Shown: positions 13,001-26,582 of the stretch, piece by piece
Numbering within the stretch: the stretch's first letter is position 1
Layout of the letters: every line of letters starts with the position of its first letter
From: Eledone cirrhosa
Lineage: Eukaryota
Length of the DNA: 64,000 bases
Assembly: GCA_964016885.1 (NCBI GenBank)
Contig: OZ024742.1
Location: 243,536,001 to 243,600,000 of the forward strand
Direction of reading: 5' to 3'
Notes under the pieces: generated by a model
Databases searched by the model: none
Seen by the model: only the letters and a program-made list of their open reading frames with translations
Told to the model about the DNA's origin: nothing
Program-made: the position numbers and the translations under genes

Positions 13001-16000
13001 ATCCAAAATTACCAATGAGAAGAATATCAGAGTTGTCACTAGAGGGAGTTTAGAAAGAGGAAGGATTACGGCTGGTCAGAATTAATTCATATATTGTGGA
13101 TAGGGGAAGAGGAGGAGTTGAAGAAAATACAGTGTATGTATGTATGTGTGTGTATATATATATATCATCATCATTTTACGTCCGCTTTTCCCTGCTTGCA
13201 AGGGTGGGACGGATCTTATTCAGCACAGCATCTCTCCACTCGTCACGGTCCTTCGTCATCTCCACCGTGAGCTTCAATGATCTGAGGTCTGTTCTCACCA
13301 CCTCCGCCCATGTTTTTCGTGGTCTACCTCTACCACGTCTTCCTTCAACTGGCATTTCCTGGCACTTCTTCACCCATCGGTCATCCTCCATGCGCATCAC
13401 ATGTCCATACCACCTCAGTCTCCTCTCCCGTACACTACATTCTATCCCTCTCAGACAGTTTCTCTCTCAACACATTTATGCTGAGTCATTCACGCACATT
13501 TACACTGCACATCCAACGGAGCATGCTTGCCTCATTTCTCTCCAGCCGTCACATATCCTCTGCAGTTGCTGCCCATGTCTCACTACCATGCAGCATAGCG
13601 CTCCTCACACAGGCATCATACAACCGGCCTTTCGTACGCAGGGAGAAACCCTTCTTCGTCAGCAGAGGAAGCAGCTCCCTAAACTTCTTCCAACCCGTCC
13701 TTATTCTAGATACTATGGCCTCGGAACACCCTCCTCCCATGCTAATCTGATCTCCTAGGTACCGGAAGCTATCCACCACTTCTATAGCGCCCTCCTGCAT
13801 TTGAAAAATGTGTCTATCAATGCGACTTCTACTGTCTAATTTCCCTGTACATCTACTGCATACATATTTCTCCCTACCTGTTAGTTTGCCTGCTGTCCCG
13901 CTACATCTCTTGTGTACCCAGGATCTGCATTGTGTGCATTTTATAGAATTTATGCCAGTTCCTTTTCTGCATATCGAATATGGCCATTTCCCTGACGGAA
14001 TCTGAGTTTTGTCCTCTTTTCTATTCATCAACACTTTTGTCTTAGCTAGATTCACTCTCAGTCCTCTTTCTTCCAACTGCTGTTTCCATAGCCAGAATTT
14101 ATTCTCTAGCTCCTCTAGTGATTCTGCTATAAGAACCAGATCGTCAGCATAGAGAAGTTCCCATGGACAGCCAGTCTTAAACTCCTCTGTTATGGCTTGG
14201 AGGACTATAATGAACAAGAGCAGGCTGAGGACCAAACCTTGATGTACTCCTACTTGTATCTGGAATTCCTCACTAAACTCCATTCCTACCCTGACTTTAC
14301 TGAGAGTACCTCTGTACAAAGTTTGCACTGTCCTCACAAGCCATTCCTCAACACCTAGCTTCCTTAGGGACCACCAGATGACAGATCGGGGTACCCTATC
14401 AAAGGCCTTCTCTAGGTCAACAAAGGCTAAGTATAGTGGCTTATTTTTCTCTAAGAACCTCTCTTGCAATTTTCTCACCAAGAAGAGGGCATCTGTTGTA
14501 CTCTTCCCAGGCACAAAACCAAACTGCATCTCATCTAGTTTGACCCTTTCTCTAATTAGTTGTGCTAATATCCTTTCTGCCACTTTCATAACCTGATCCA
14601 TCAGTTTTATACCCCTATAATTGCTCCTCTCCAGAGCATCCCCTTTACCTTTGTAGCAATTTATGAGAATACTGCTGCACCAGTCTTTGGGTATGACACC
14701 ACCATATATAGCCCGATTGATGATGCGTGCAACCAGTTTAGTGCCTAGGTCCCCTGATGCCTTCAGCATCTCAGCAACTATTCCCAATGGCCTTACCATT
14801 TTTAATTTCCTTAATCGCCTCTTGGACCCTATATTCGTCAATCTCAATAGCTGGTCCCTCTGTCGAATCTACTAAGGCTAATTTCTCTCTCTCCCATTGG
14901 TTCTCCACATTCATCAGTCTCTCATAATGACATTTCCAGGCCTTCTTTTTACTGATCATTCGTGACACTAAGTACACCGGCATCATCCCGGACACATTTA
15001 TCTCCAACAACATCCTGATTTGCATTGACACACTGCCTTGCAATGTGGAACACCGCACGCCTCTGATCTTCCCGTCGCAGAACATTGACAAACCTCCTAC
15101 TCTCCGCCTCCCTGCGTGCTAAGTACACCTGACGTCTAGCTTCTCTCTTAGTGGCTGTATATTCTTCCCTACTCCCACCCTTTTTCCAAGCCTTCCATGC
15201 TAGTATTTTGTCTCTAATGGCCTTATCTACTGTGCTGTTCCACCACCAGGTCACTCTCTGTCTGGTTGGAGCTCTGCTCCAGCCACAAGTTTCATCAGTA
15301 GCCTGCAGCAAGTTGTCACGTAAGAAATTCCAGTTTATTATCTATGTCATACGTCTCTAAATCGTCTTCTTTTTCGTCATATACATCTTGAAGGGCTTTC
15401 CTAAATTTGTATTTTAGTGAAAGGTCTTTTAGCTTCCAGACCTTTCTTCTCCACACCTTCCTGTATGTCTCATTCCATCTCTTGCTTACTGCGATATCAC
15501 TAATGACTAACCTATGTTGTGGGGTACATTCTTCCCCAGGGTATGCCTTGGTATTAGACACTATCTGCCTGTCCCGCTGCCTAACTAGTAAGAAGTCAAT
15601 CTGGCTTATGTGCTCACCAGATTTGTAGGTTATTAGGTGATTGGCAGGTTTCTGGAAGTTTGCGTTGCAAATAGTCAATGTACCTGCATCACAAAATTCA
15701 AGAAGTCTCACTCCTTCATTTCTTGAGCCGTAACTGTGCCCACCATGTACCCCAGTGTAACCATTCTGGAACTGTCCAACATGACCATTGAAGTCTCCTG
15801 CTAGCATAACGATGTCTCCGTCCTCTGTCATTGCGGTTGTTTGTAAAAGTTGCTCGTAAAAGCAGTCTTTCTCATCTTTGCCTAGGCCTGCTTGGGGAGC
15901 ATAGGCAGAGATGATTGTCAGTAGTCTCCTGCCTACAACTAATCTAAGCTTAATTATTCAATTACTAACTCGAACTACCTCTATTGTCTTATTGATCCAT

Positions 16001-16553
16001 TTCTCAGCCAGGAAAATGCCTACTCCCCCTAACCCATCATCCTTACCTACCCAGAATAGCTTATAGCTAAGACGTTTGCCTATGACTAGTCTCGCAGAGG
16101 CACCTCTCCATCTCACCTCTTGCACGCAACACACATCCACATGCCTTCTCTCCAGCATCTCCGCTATTTCAGCAGATCTACCTCTGAGAGTGCCAACATT
16201 AAGTGTTGCAGCTCTGAGATGCGACGTCTTCATATTTTGTTGTTGTTCCTATTTGTTGCTGTGCTGATACACTGGTTGGATGCCCTTCCTAACACCAGCG
16301 CCACTTTACAGCATGGACTGGGTGCTTTTATTTGTGCCACCAGCACTAGAGAGGATGTCTTACTAGATTCAAGGGCCCTCTCTACCCCTCCATTTTACAG
16401 CATGGTCATTAAAAAAAAAACAAAAAAAAAAACACTTATTGACACGAGATGCACACACTCACACACCAACACTCATGCATACAAACCACAAACACACACG
16501 CCACTCACATACCAACACTCATTCATACATACAAACACACACACCACTCACAA

Positions 16554-16587
<34 letters not shown>

Positions 16588-17463
16588 CCGGCAGTACTGA
16601 TACAAAATCAAAATCATGTCAACTGTTGACTTTTCCCAGTCCAGTTCAGTTTTTATATAATAATAATAATTGTTTGCTTTACGCTGGTAATGGTGGTGGT
16701 GGTGGTGGTGGTGAATGGTGGTGGATGGTGTCAGTATGGTGATGGTAGTGGTGGTGGATGGTCAGTGATGGTGGTGGCAGTTGTTGTTGCTGTAGTTATT
16801 GTAGTTGCTGCTGCTGTTGCTGTTGCTGTTCTTCATTTCACTGATGCTGCAGACAATGGTGTTGATGCTGTTATTGTAGTCGCATATATATAAATACATA
16901 CATACACACACATTCAACACAGACAATGGTGTTGTTGCTGTTGGTGTCGTTGTTGTTGTTGTTGTTGTTGTAGTTGTTGCTGTGTTGAAATCTGGTCGCA
17001 TCCACTGAGATATACATATACACACACATATATATATGTATATACACATACATACATCAAAAGAGTTAGCAGTATGTCAACAGTCAACAGGTCAGCCACC
17101 TTAGATAGAGTAATGAGTTACGTGGTGATGGTGGGGAGCGAGTGTAGACGTTATTGTTATTGTGGTGGCGGGGGTCAGTGAGATGTACAAGTTCATAGTT
17201 CACTTGTCTCTTTTCCTCTCTCTTCAAGATTTTGAATTTATGGCCTTTTGCAATGGCGGACAAGTAAGCGTAAAATGTAAATTCTAAATAGAGATTGCTC
17301 TGGAAGAATATATGGAATATTTCTGTAGCTTTCACAGCTTTTCTCAGAACGTTTCCCGGCTTCCAATGAGTGAAAATTATTGTTGTATTTTAGTCTTTCA
17401 GAATACGAAAATTAATAAAAACTTACCCCCACGAAAAACTGTGCGTTGTCCTATCTATGAGCT

Positions 17464-17514
<51 letters not shown>

Positions 17515-20356
17515 TAAATCTATATATCTGAAATCCAGGAGATCTCTAAAGATATTTTGGGTTCAGTGTTGAAAAGATGAAAACAGCAGTTCATAACATT
17601 ACATTAATGATATAATTCAAAAGTATTGTAATATATGCTCAAGCTAAGAAATAGAACAAATTATAAACTAGAAATGAATTAACAAAACGGTACCTTCAGG
17701 TGTTGGCCAGTCTGCAGTTTCATAGTAATTGTAATAAGCTTCATAATCATACATTTCTTGCACAGAACTAAACTGACTAGGAATACTATAAAATATAGAA
17801 AAGAAAAAAATACAAATTTCAAACCAAGTTTCATAAAATCTAAACAGAAATTTAATATAGCAGGAAAAACAGACAGACAGACATTAAATAATGGTATAAT
17901 GGTTACTAATTTAGGCACAGGGTCAACCATTCTAAGGGAGGGGAAAGTTGATTAAATCGACCCCAGTGTATTACTGGTACTTTATTTTATTGACCCTGAA
18001 AGGATGAAAGGCAAAGCTAACCTCGGTGAGATTTGAACTCAAAACGGACATTAAATAATAAGGAAATTGAAAGAACCTTGAATTTCAGATTTATATACTG
18101 CAAAACTAGAAGGTTCTTTTTTAATGTTAACTATATATTAAAGGCTAAGTCTAGGTCTTGATAAATCTGACAAGTAATCTTAAATTATTATGGCTAGCAT
18201 GAACCCTTTTGTAACCACATTTCTAATGGGATATATTGCTAATGTGTTTCAGTTAATTTTTAAAATAATGAAAAAATTTGAAGGAATTTAGTAAAAGAAC
18301 TTTTTACTACTGAGTTGATGTTTGGAACAGTTCTTACATAAAACTATCATGGAAAGCTTTAAGAACGCTTTAAAATTTCTGGACAGCTGGTATGAAAAGG
18401 GTTAAAAGCATTCATCTGTGAAAGAAATTCAACACCATCATCATCGTTTTAACGTCCACTTTCATTGCTAGCAAAGGTTGGATGGATCTACATAGACCAT
18501 GTCAGTACTGAAGCAGGGCTGCTGACCTCCCAGACAGGCCAGGGATCTGCATATCACTTACATATGGTCTCACATTCTACCAAGTGCACAAGAGAGGATA
18601 TGTCTTTGACACAATTGAAAAGTCCTCCCAACCCATTGTTTGGAAAGCTTTCTATGACTGCATGTCCTTCCTATCACCAACCACTTTACAGCAAGTACTG
18701 GGTGTGTTTATCATGTCGATTACCAACACTAGGTAAGCCATATCTACAGAAATATCTTTCCCCTGCTACTATAAACTGAAAACAAAAAAAATACTATTCC
18801 TTCTAAAAGTTGTGCTACAATTAATTTTAAAGTAGCTAACAACATCATTATGGTGCATTTATTTCCTTCATCATCATCATCATTTTTTACGTCCACTTTT
18901 CCCTGCTTGCAAGGGTGGGGTGGGAACTGATTCTGGCTTGATTTCTACAGCTGGATGCCCTTCCTAACACCAACCTCATTTACAGTCAGTGCTGGGTGCT
19001 TTTTTGCCGTGGCACCTGCATGACCACTTTGCAGTGGAATGATAAGGACCCCAGTCCTATCATCTCATTTCTACAGCTGAGTAAACTGGAGCAATGTGAA
19101 ATAAAGTGTCTTGCTCAAGGAAACAACACATCACCTGGTCTGAGAATTGAACTCACAACCTTTCGATTGCAAGCCTAATGTTCTAACCACTAAACCATGT
19201 GCCCCCATTAATGATAATAAATGACCAAGTGAACTTAAGAGAACAAGTTCATAGTAAATATTCATTATATGTAGATGAGAAACAAAATTATTATTTTGTG
19301 TTCACAATGAACAACTTGCATAAAATATGCTGTAGTTTTTAATTAGTAGATACTGTTGTTGATGTTTTTGTTTTTTTACATTTCACTAAAAGTAACAAAT
19401 CTTATTTATATAATATTTTGCATAATAAACAAGAAGAGAGAAAAAAAATTAAATAATGAAAAAAGAGAGTAAAGAGAAGCAGACTCTATATCTCTGTATA
19501 TACAGTATATCTCAGCTGTGCCCCATGAACAAAAATGGCAAAATCATTGTTGCAGAGAGTAGCCAGTGAAACTCACTGCAACAATCATTCTACATCATGG
19601 GGCTCCTTCCTTAAATTTTGTTTAAAATTTTAAATAGATATCTTCCTTTTCTAATTTTAGTTAATAATGTCAATAAATTAGAAATAGGATTCCAAGGAAG
19701 AAAATAATCACCAAAAAATAATTCAGATTATCAATAAGTATAACACAATGCATGTGATTTGTTAAACAAGACATGCATCATCAAGGTTAATTCAAGAAAA
19801 AGATGTTTACAGTTGGTGAAATGTGTGTAGTAAAATATATCAGCCATATTGTGAAAAAAAAAATACTTTTTGCATTAACAAAAATATATAGGAAATAAAA
19901 AAAATACATCAAATGACTCAGAAATAAGAGTGTGTTTGTATGTATACATGTGTGTGTGCGTGTAGTGTGTGTCCCCAGTTTTATTCAACTATATTATAGT
20001 TAGTAAACATTGTAGAGGACTTTTCAAGAAGCAAAATACTATCGTGTGTGTGTGTCATCATCACCGTTTTACATCCGTTCTTCCATGCTAGCATGGGTTA
20101 GACGGGTTGTCCTGTTGTGGGCACTGTCTGGTCGGCTGGCCATGCCTTGCTCATACAGGAACTGATTTTGGCTTGATTTCTACAGCTGGATGCCCTTCCT
20201 AACACCAACCTCATTTACAGTGAGTGCTGGGTGCTTTTTTCCGTGGCGCCTACACGTCCACTTTACAGTATGGGCTGGGTGCTTTTTTGCCGTGGCACCT
20301 CCACAACCACTTTGCAGTGGGAGAGTGTGGGGGCATATTGTCTATGTGTGTGTATT

Positions 20357-20407
<51 letters not shown>

Positions 20408-23400
20408 CATACACTTTAGAGTTGAACTTGCTTGCAAAATGATTTGATCTGAGATCTTAGAAAGCAATTACATCATGGAAGAGACTTTTTAAAACACGCA
20501 GAAACCGTTATATTCACTTTTCATTTCATGAGGTGCCATAACTTTCACTGCACCTCTACAAACAGATCACTGTAGTTGTACAAGCATAATTCAACTGTAG
20601 TTGTACAAGCACACACATACGCACGCAAAGAAAAAAGGGTTTTTAATAACATTTTGCTCCATGATTGCTGGTAGAGATTGATTCTCCAAATAATTTTTTA
20701 AAAAACATACATAACAAATAGAATACCAACCATTTCAGTAATGGTGGAATCTTAAAGACATACTAATATTAAATCAGATTTCATTATTGTGTAATATACT
20801 GGGTAATTGCTGGCCTTGTGCCTATATAAGAAACAATTATTGTTTAGAAGGAATTAAAACATCCCCTTTTTCACAATTTTGATCTTCTTATAGATTAATG
20901 CTTAAAAACAATATTTAATTTTATAGAAGGTTCTGCAGGAGTATGTGATCAATGGTCAGCTTCTTCCTGCCCTGATGTCTCTATATGAATGCCTAAGTGT
21001 TTGTGTTCAGATAATTGGTGCTAAATCAAAACCATTCAATAAGGGAGTCGGACTCCATTTATTTTCATGAACAGAATCAACATACGCAACCGAGTCAGAA
21101 ATGGTATCACGACTGGCAGGTGGAAAATCAGGCAGCTGGAATTTGCAGATGATATGGTGTTACTTAACACGACAGAAGGTGATCTCCGACTTGCACTTGA
21201 TAGATTTGATGCCAAGTCCTGCATGGTTGGAATGAAAATCAGTGCTGCGAAAACTGAGATACTCGTCTTCTCAAGGAAGCCTACGCAGTGCACTCTACAT
21301 GTGAATAGAGTTCCACTGAAGCAGGTAGAGAAGTTCAAGAATCTTGGGGCCATGTTCACGAGTGATGGAAGGCAAGAGGCTGAATTAAGTGCAAGAATTG
21401 CAGGAGCTAGTACAGTAATGCACCAGCATCAGTATTCGGTAAACACAAGAAAGGAGGTAGGTGTAAAACCCAAACTCGCTATCTTCAATTCAGTTTTTGT
21501 GCCAACACTTCCCTATGGTCATGCATCTTGAGTAATGACCAAAAAAATATGATCATGAATACAAACGGCCGAAATAGAGTTCCTCCAAAGGGTCTTTGGA
21601 GTAATGTTACTCAATAGAGTGTGTAGCTTGGAGATCGGAGAGTCGCTCCAGGTAGAGATGCTAATTCTCCGAATTGAGAGATCACAGCTCCGATACTATG
21701 GGCATGTGATTAGAATGTCTCAGAAAAGAATCTTTGGACAGATTTTACAGGCAAAACCAGCCAACGGGAGATCCAGGTGCAGACCCTGAGCAAGATGGTT
21801 GAATAACATCCATGAGCTTGGCTGGTCTCGCTTGGGGATCCAATCAGATCAATTGGAGCTGGTGGCTACTGACTGGACCCGCTGGAATGCATTCTTGAGG
21901 ACTCTACCTCAACGATTCTCCAAGGAATAATAATAATGTATCTACTTTTGGCACAAGACCTGCAATTACCTCAGTGCATTACTGGGTCTTTATTTTATTG
22001 ATCCCGATAAGGATGAAAGGCAAAGTTATCAAAGTTATATATATATAACTTTGATAGATTTTGGCCAGTATTGGCCCAGGCCATGTCTAACTTAATAGCA
22101 CCACCTGGCGAAGTCTTTCAAATCAGGATTTGGACACCATGGCCCACTTGAGTAGAGAGTTGTTGTTTACGGAGACATATCCGAGTGTAGGAGGTTTATA
22201 TGAGATTTCTTGAAGGAATGTGTCCAAAGACTTCTTGAACTTTTTATGGGGTCTGTTTCTGTTTTAATGTGTTTTGGTATAATGTTAAAGAGAGCGGGGA
22301 ACAATTGAGCTGAAACCCATTTCCAGACAAAGAACTTCTGTCCAAAGTGCCAAACCCTCCTCCCCTTCCTTCTAAGCATGATCCTAATAAGTCTTTGTAT
22401 TTTTGCGTGTTTGTTTTGTTTTATTGGTTCAACTATACATATATACATATATAAACACAGAGATACATACAGGTATACATATACATGATAAATATCAAAT
22501 ATGCAGAAAATTAAACCAAAGTGTTATTAAATAAAGAGAAAAACAAAGAGAGAAACATCAAAAAGTAGGGGTTGAAACTTACATAGGTCCTCGGGATAAA
22601 GAGGGTTCTTGTAATGGGGTGTGTGTACGAGAATGCTCTTGACTTGGACGACTATTATTTTCATAGTCATCATAAGTACCAGCACCAAAGTATTCCTCAT
22701 ACCTGAAAGCAATGGGCTTGTTAGTACAGCTTCCCAAGTTGCCATGCACCAATTGTAATGAAAGCAGATTATAAGAGAAAGAAAACCACAAAATCTGAAA
22801 CTCAGCACTCGATAGTATATGTATGTGTAGAATATTACTGCATACATAGTCTCCAAAATAATGTTCACATCCCCCTCTCCCCCTCAGTTATATCTTGTTA
22901 AATTATATTACAGTTAAATTTCGTTACAACGAAATTCAATGGGTATAAAAAAAAATTTGTTGTAACGAAAAATTCTTTATAAGGAGATCGATCCAATACA
23001 TCGAGCGTGTGGCCGGGGATTGAAAAAAGATGTTATACTGTAAAATTTGTTATAACGGAATTTTACGTGTAGTAACATATCTTCATACTTTATAGTTATC
23101 AAATATTGAACCTCACCACTGTTATATAAAAGGCTCGTGATTTAATAGTTGCATACATGAAAGCTGGACTCCAGTGTATTTTACTAGCAATACATTTTCA
23201 TCATTTCTATTTATTTTACTTCAATATAGTGACAAAATCCATTGACACACACATATATACACACACACACACACACATACATACATATACACACACATAC
23301 ATAAACATACATATATATATACACACACACTGAGAAAAGATAGTTCCATGTGGCTTAAAACATACGAATGAATAAAAAATATGGGCAGAGACAGGAAAGT

Positions 23401-26400
23401 GAAAGAAGGAACGAATACAGAAGTTGTTTCGGTGCTTTAAGGTCGATTAAAGCACCGAAACAACATATCTCTAGCAGTCGACTGACGAGATGGGACTGCT
23501 GTCTGTATTCGTTCATTCTTTCATTTTCCTGTCTCTGCCCATATTTTTTATTCATCTACTTCAACTGATAAGGTATGTTCCTTGGCTATGTCAAAATTTA
23601 TAAAACACACTTTGTATTTTATCTGATGAAAGCGTACCAAAGTTTTTGGTACCCTTAAAATATATATAATAGAATAAATATGGTTTTATAAATATAGTTT
23701 CCATTTATTTAATATCATTGAATATTTACTCCAGAAAATCTGTCGAGTGCTCTGAATCAGTGATAAACATTTATATTTGTTGAATTACCAACAAATTGAA
23801 TATCCCTTCTGCTTATAGATACATACATATATATTTACATATATATACACATCCCCTAGACGCTCATCCCACCTGTTGCAGACTGCACATCAACAAGAGA
23901 TATTCTTCTCTACCATGTTCGATTACCAACAACAGAGTTTAAAAAGCAAAGGTCATGTCCAGTCCATAAGTTGACATTAAGCCAGAGTTTTGGCTGTCAA
24001 CCTTTGCTTCTCTTACTGGCTAACTTTCCTTCTCGGCATAACTTATTCATACATACGTTTGTGCTTACTTCTCTACCTCTTGTCACCGTCACGTTTACCC
24101 CCTTCATTGTCACACATGCGCATATACTTTCACCCACCCCCAGTTCCTATGGCTCTGTTATGGTCAGAAACATATACACTTACAGCTTATACAGACCAAC
24201 AAAAGATGCATATATACCTCTACATTTACCTTCACAGCTCTGTATACACACAAAAACACACACTCCCTTATCCCTTTAATGTCCAAACCGGCCAGAATTC
24301 TCTACCTCTTTCTGTTGAAACTGGCTATAACTGGTCGCTCAAACTGATGTTAAGGTATTGTTCTCAAAATAAATACTTTCAAAATCTCATAGATTCGATA
24401 TTATGTGAGATATTATGTGAGGTAAAGCCTTTACCATGAAAATATAATAGTATATATATAGAGTAATGTGAATGCTAAAGGGTTATATACTCATACTTTT
24501 GCTCACAGCTTCATGCTTACAAGCGCACACACACTTTTACTTACATATACACACATATCTTGTTAAATTCGTACAACATATAATAACACACACACACACA
24601 CACATACAGCTCTATATACAAAACATTTTTTCTCTTTCAGATAGATGCGCTCCATCATCATACACAAGACGCCAGCATCAACAGAGATGGTAACATGAAT
24701 GGACCTGTTATTTTTCTCTAAAAAAATTTTTTTTCTTCTTCTGCCTTGCCCATCTCCTCAATCTTTCTATTTCTTCTTTCTTTTCTCCTTCTTTCTTCTA
24801 TTTGAGGCAAGTCAAGATCAGATGACCATGTCTTGCTCATACAGAACTGATTTTGACTTGGCTTGGTTTCTATGGCTTAATGCCCTTCCTAATGCCAACT
24901 AAATTTACAGTAAGTACTGGATGATTTTTGTTGTGACACCTACATGACCACTTTACAGTGGGCTAGGTGCTTTTTATTGTGACACTTACACGACCACCTT
25001 ACAGTGTGGGCTAGGGACTTTCTGTCATATCACCATCACGACAACTTTACAATGTGGGCTGAGGGTTTTGGTGGGAAGGGTGTGTGGGGATTAGGGTGGT
25101 GGGTATAGGGGATGAAGTGTTAGGAGGTGTGTCGGAGAGGGGGTGAAGGTGGTTCATGCCAGATGTCTGCTTCAGCCTGTGCTTATGAGAGGTGTATGGG
25201 GGGGGGGATACGATATGTCTGCTTTGGCCTGTGCTCATGGGAAGGTAGGGGTTCTATATTACTGCATAACGCCAGAGATTCTGGTTCTGTGCCATCACCT
25301 TTGAGAGGTGCAATTGTGCTAGGTCAGCTTTTATCACCTCATCCCAAGTCTTTTTGGGTCTTCCTGCTCCATAGCTTCCATCATTCAGCGTTCTGCATCT
25401 TTTTATACAGCTGTCATCCTTCATATGCATCACATATCCATACCAATGCAATCTCCTCTCCTGCACACTGCATCTGATTCCTCTTATACCTAGTTTCTCT
25501 TTCAATTCAATTATGCTTTGCCATTCACGTATATTACTATTACAAATCCATCGAAGCATGAAAGCTTCATTTCTTTCCAATCTTCATTAAGTCCTCTGCA
25601 CACAGCACCCAGGCCTCACTACCATGCAACATTGCTGCTTGTATACATGTCGTACAGTCTACCTTTTATTTTGAAGGAAAAGCCTTTTGTAGCTAGCAAT
25701 GGTAGTAGCTCCCTGAACTTCTTCCATCCCGTCCTCACTCTGGCTACTATACTTACAGAGCACTCACCTGCACTGCTAATTTGGTCACCTAGGTAGCAGA
25801 AGCTGTCTACTGCTTCTACTGAACCTTCCTAGAATTTAATAGCGCTTGTTTCCTGTGGTTGTTTGCTTACTGCCCCAGTGCAACGGCTACATGTAATACC
25901 TATGTTCTTGGCTAAACTACCTGAGATCCCACTACATCTCTTGCATTTGGAACACTGGATGAAATTTCTACCTACACTTTTCCTACACACTAAGCAAGGC
26001 CATTCCCCCTGAAGTGATCACGAGTCTGTTTTCCCTTCTACTTACTAGGACCTTAGTTTTTGTCAGGTTGACTTCAAGACCCTTTGTTTCTAAGCCATGC
26101 TTCCAGGTTTGGAATTTCTTCTCTAGTCCAGCCATAAATTCCGCTATGAGTATGAGATCATCTGCATACAGGCGTTCCCATGGGCAGCCAGTCTTAAACT
26201 CCTCTGTTATAGCCTGCAGAACGATAATAAACAGGAGAGAGCTAAGGACAGAGCCCTGGTGGATGCCAACCTGCACGTTAAAATCCTCGCTTTAGTCATT
26301 AATCCTAACTTTGCTGACTGCTCCCCTTTACATGGCTTTACGGCCTACACAAGCCATGCTCGTACTCTTAGTTTTCAAAGAGCCCACCGGATAATGGCAC

Positions 26401-26533
26401 AAGGGACTCTGTGAAAAGCTTTCTCAAGATCAACAAACACCAGGTAGATTGGCTTGCTTTTAGCTAGGTACTTTTCTTGTAGCTGTTTCACAAGAGAGTA
26501 TCTGTAGTGCTTTCACCTGGCACATATCCGATA

Positions 26534-26582
<49 letters not shown>

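Noticed and set aside
16690-17099. Poly-Q, poly-T, poly-N and poly-V ORFs
   Set aside because: All are frames of a trinucleotide low-complexity tract, with no splice signals fitting the Sec16 frame.
23355-23568. Two opposite-strand ORFs with the same N-terminus ([10 protein letters not shown])
   Set aside because: A by-product of the palindrome, with no coding evidence.
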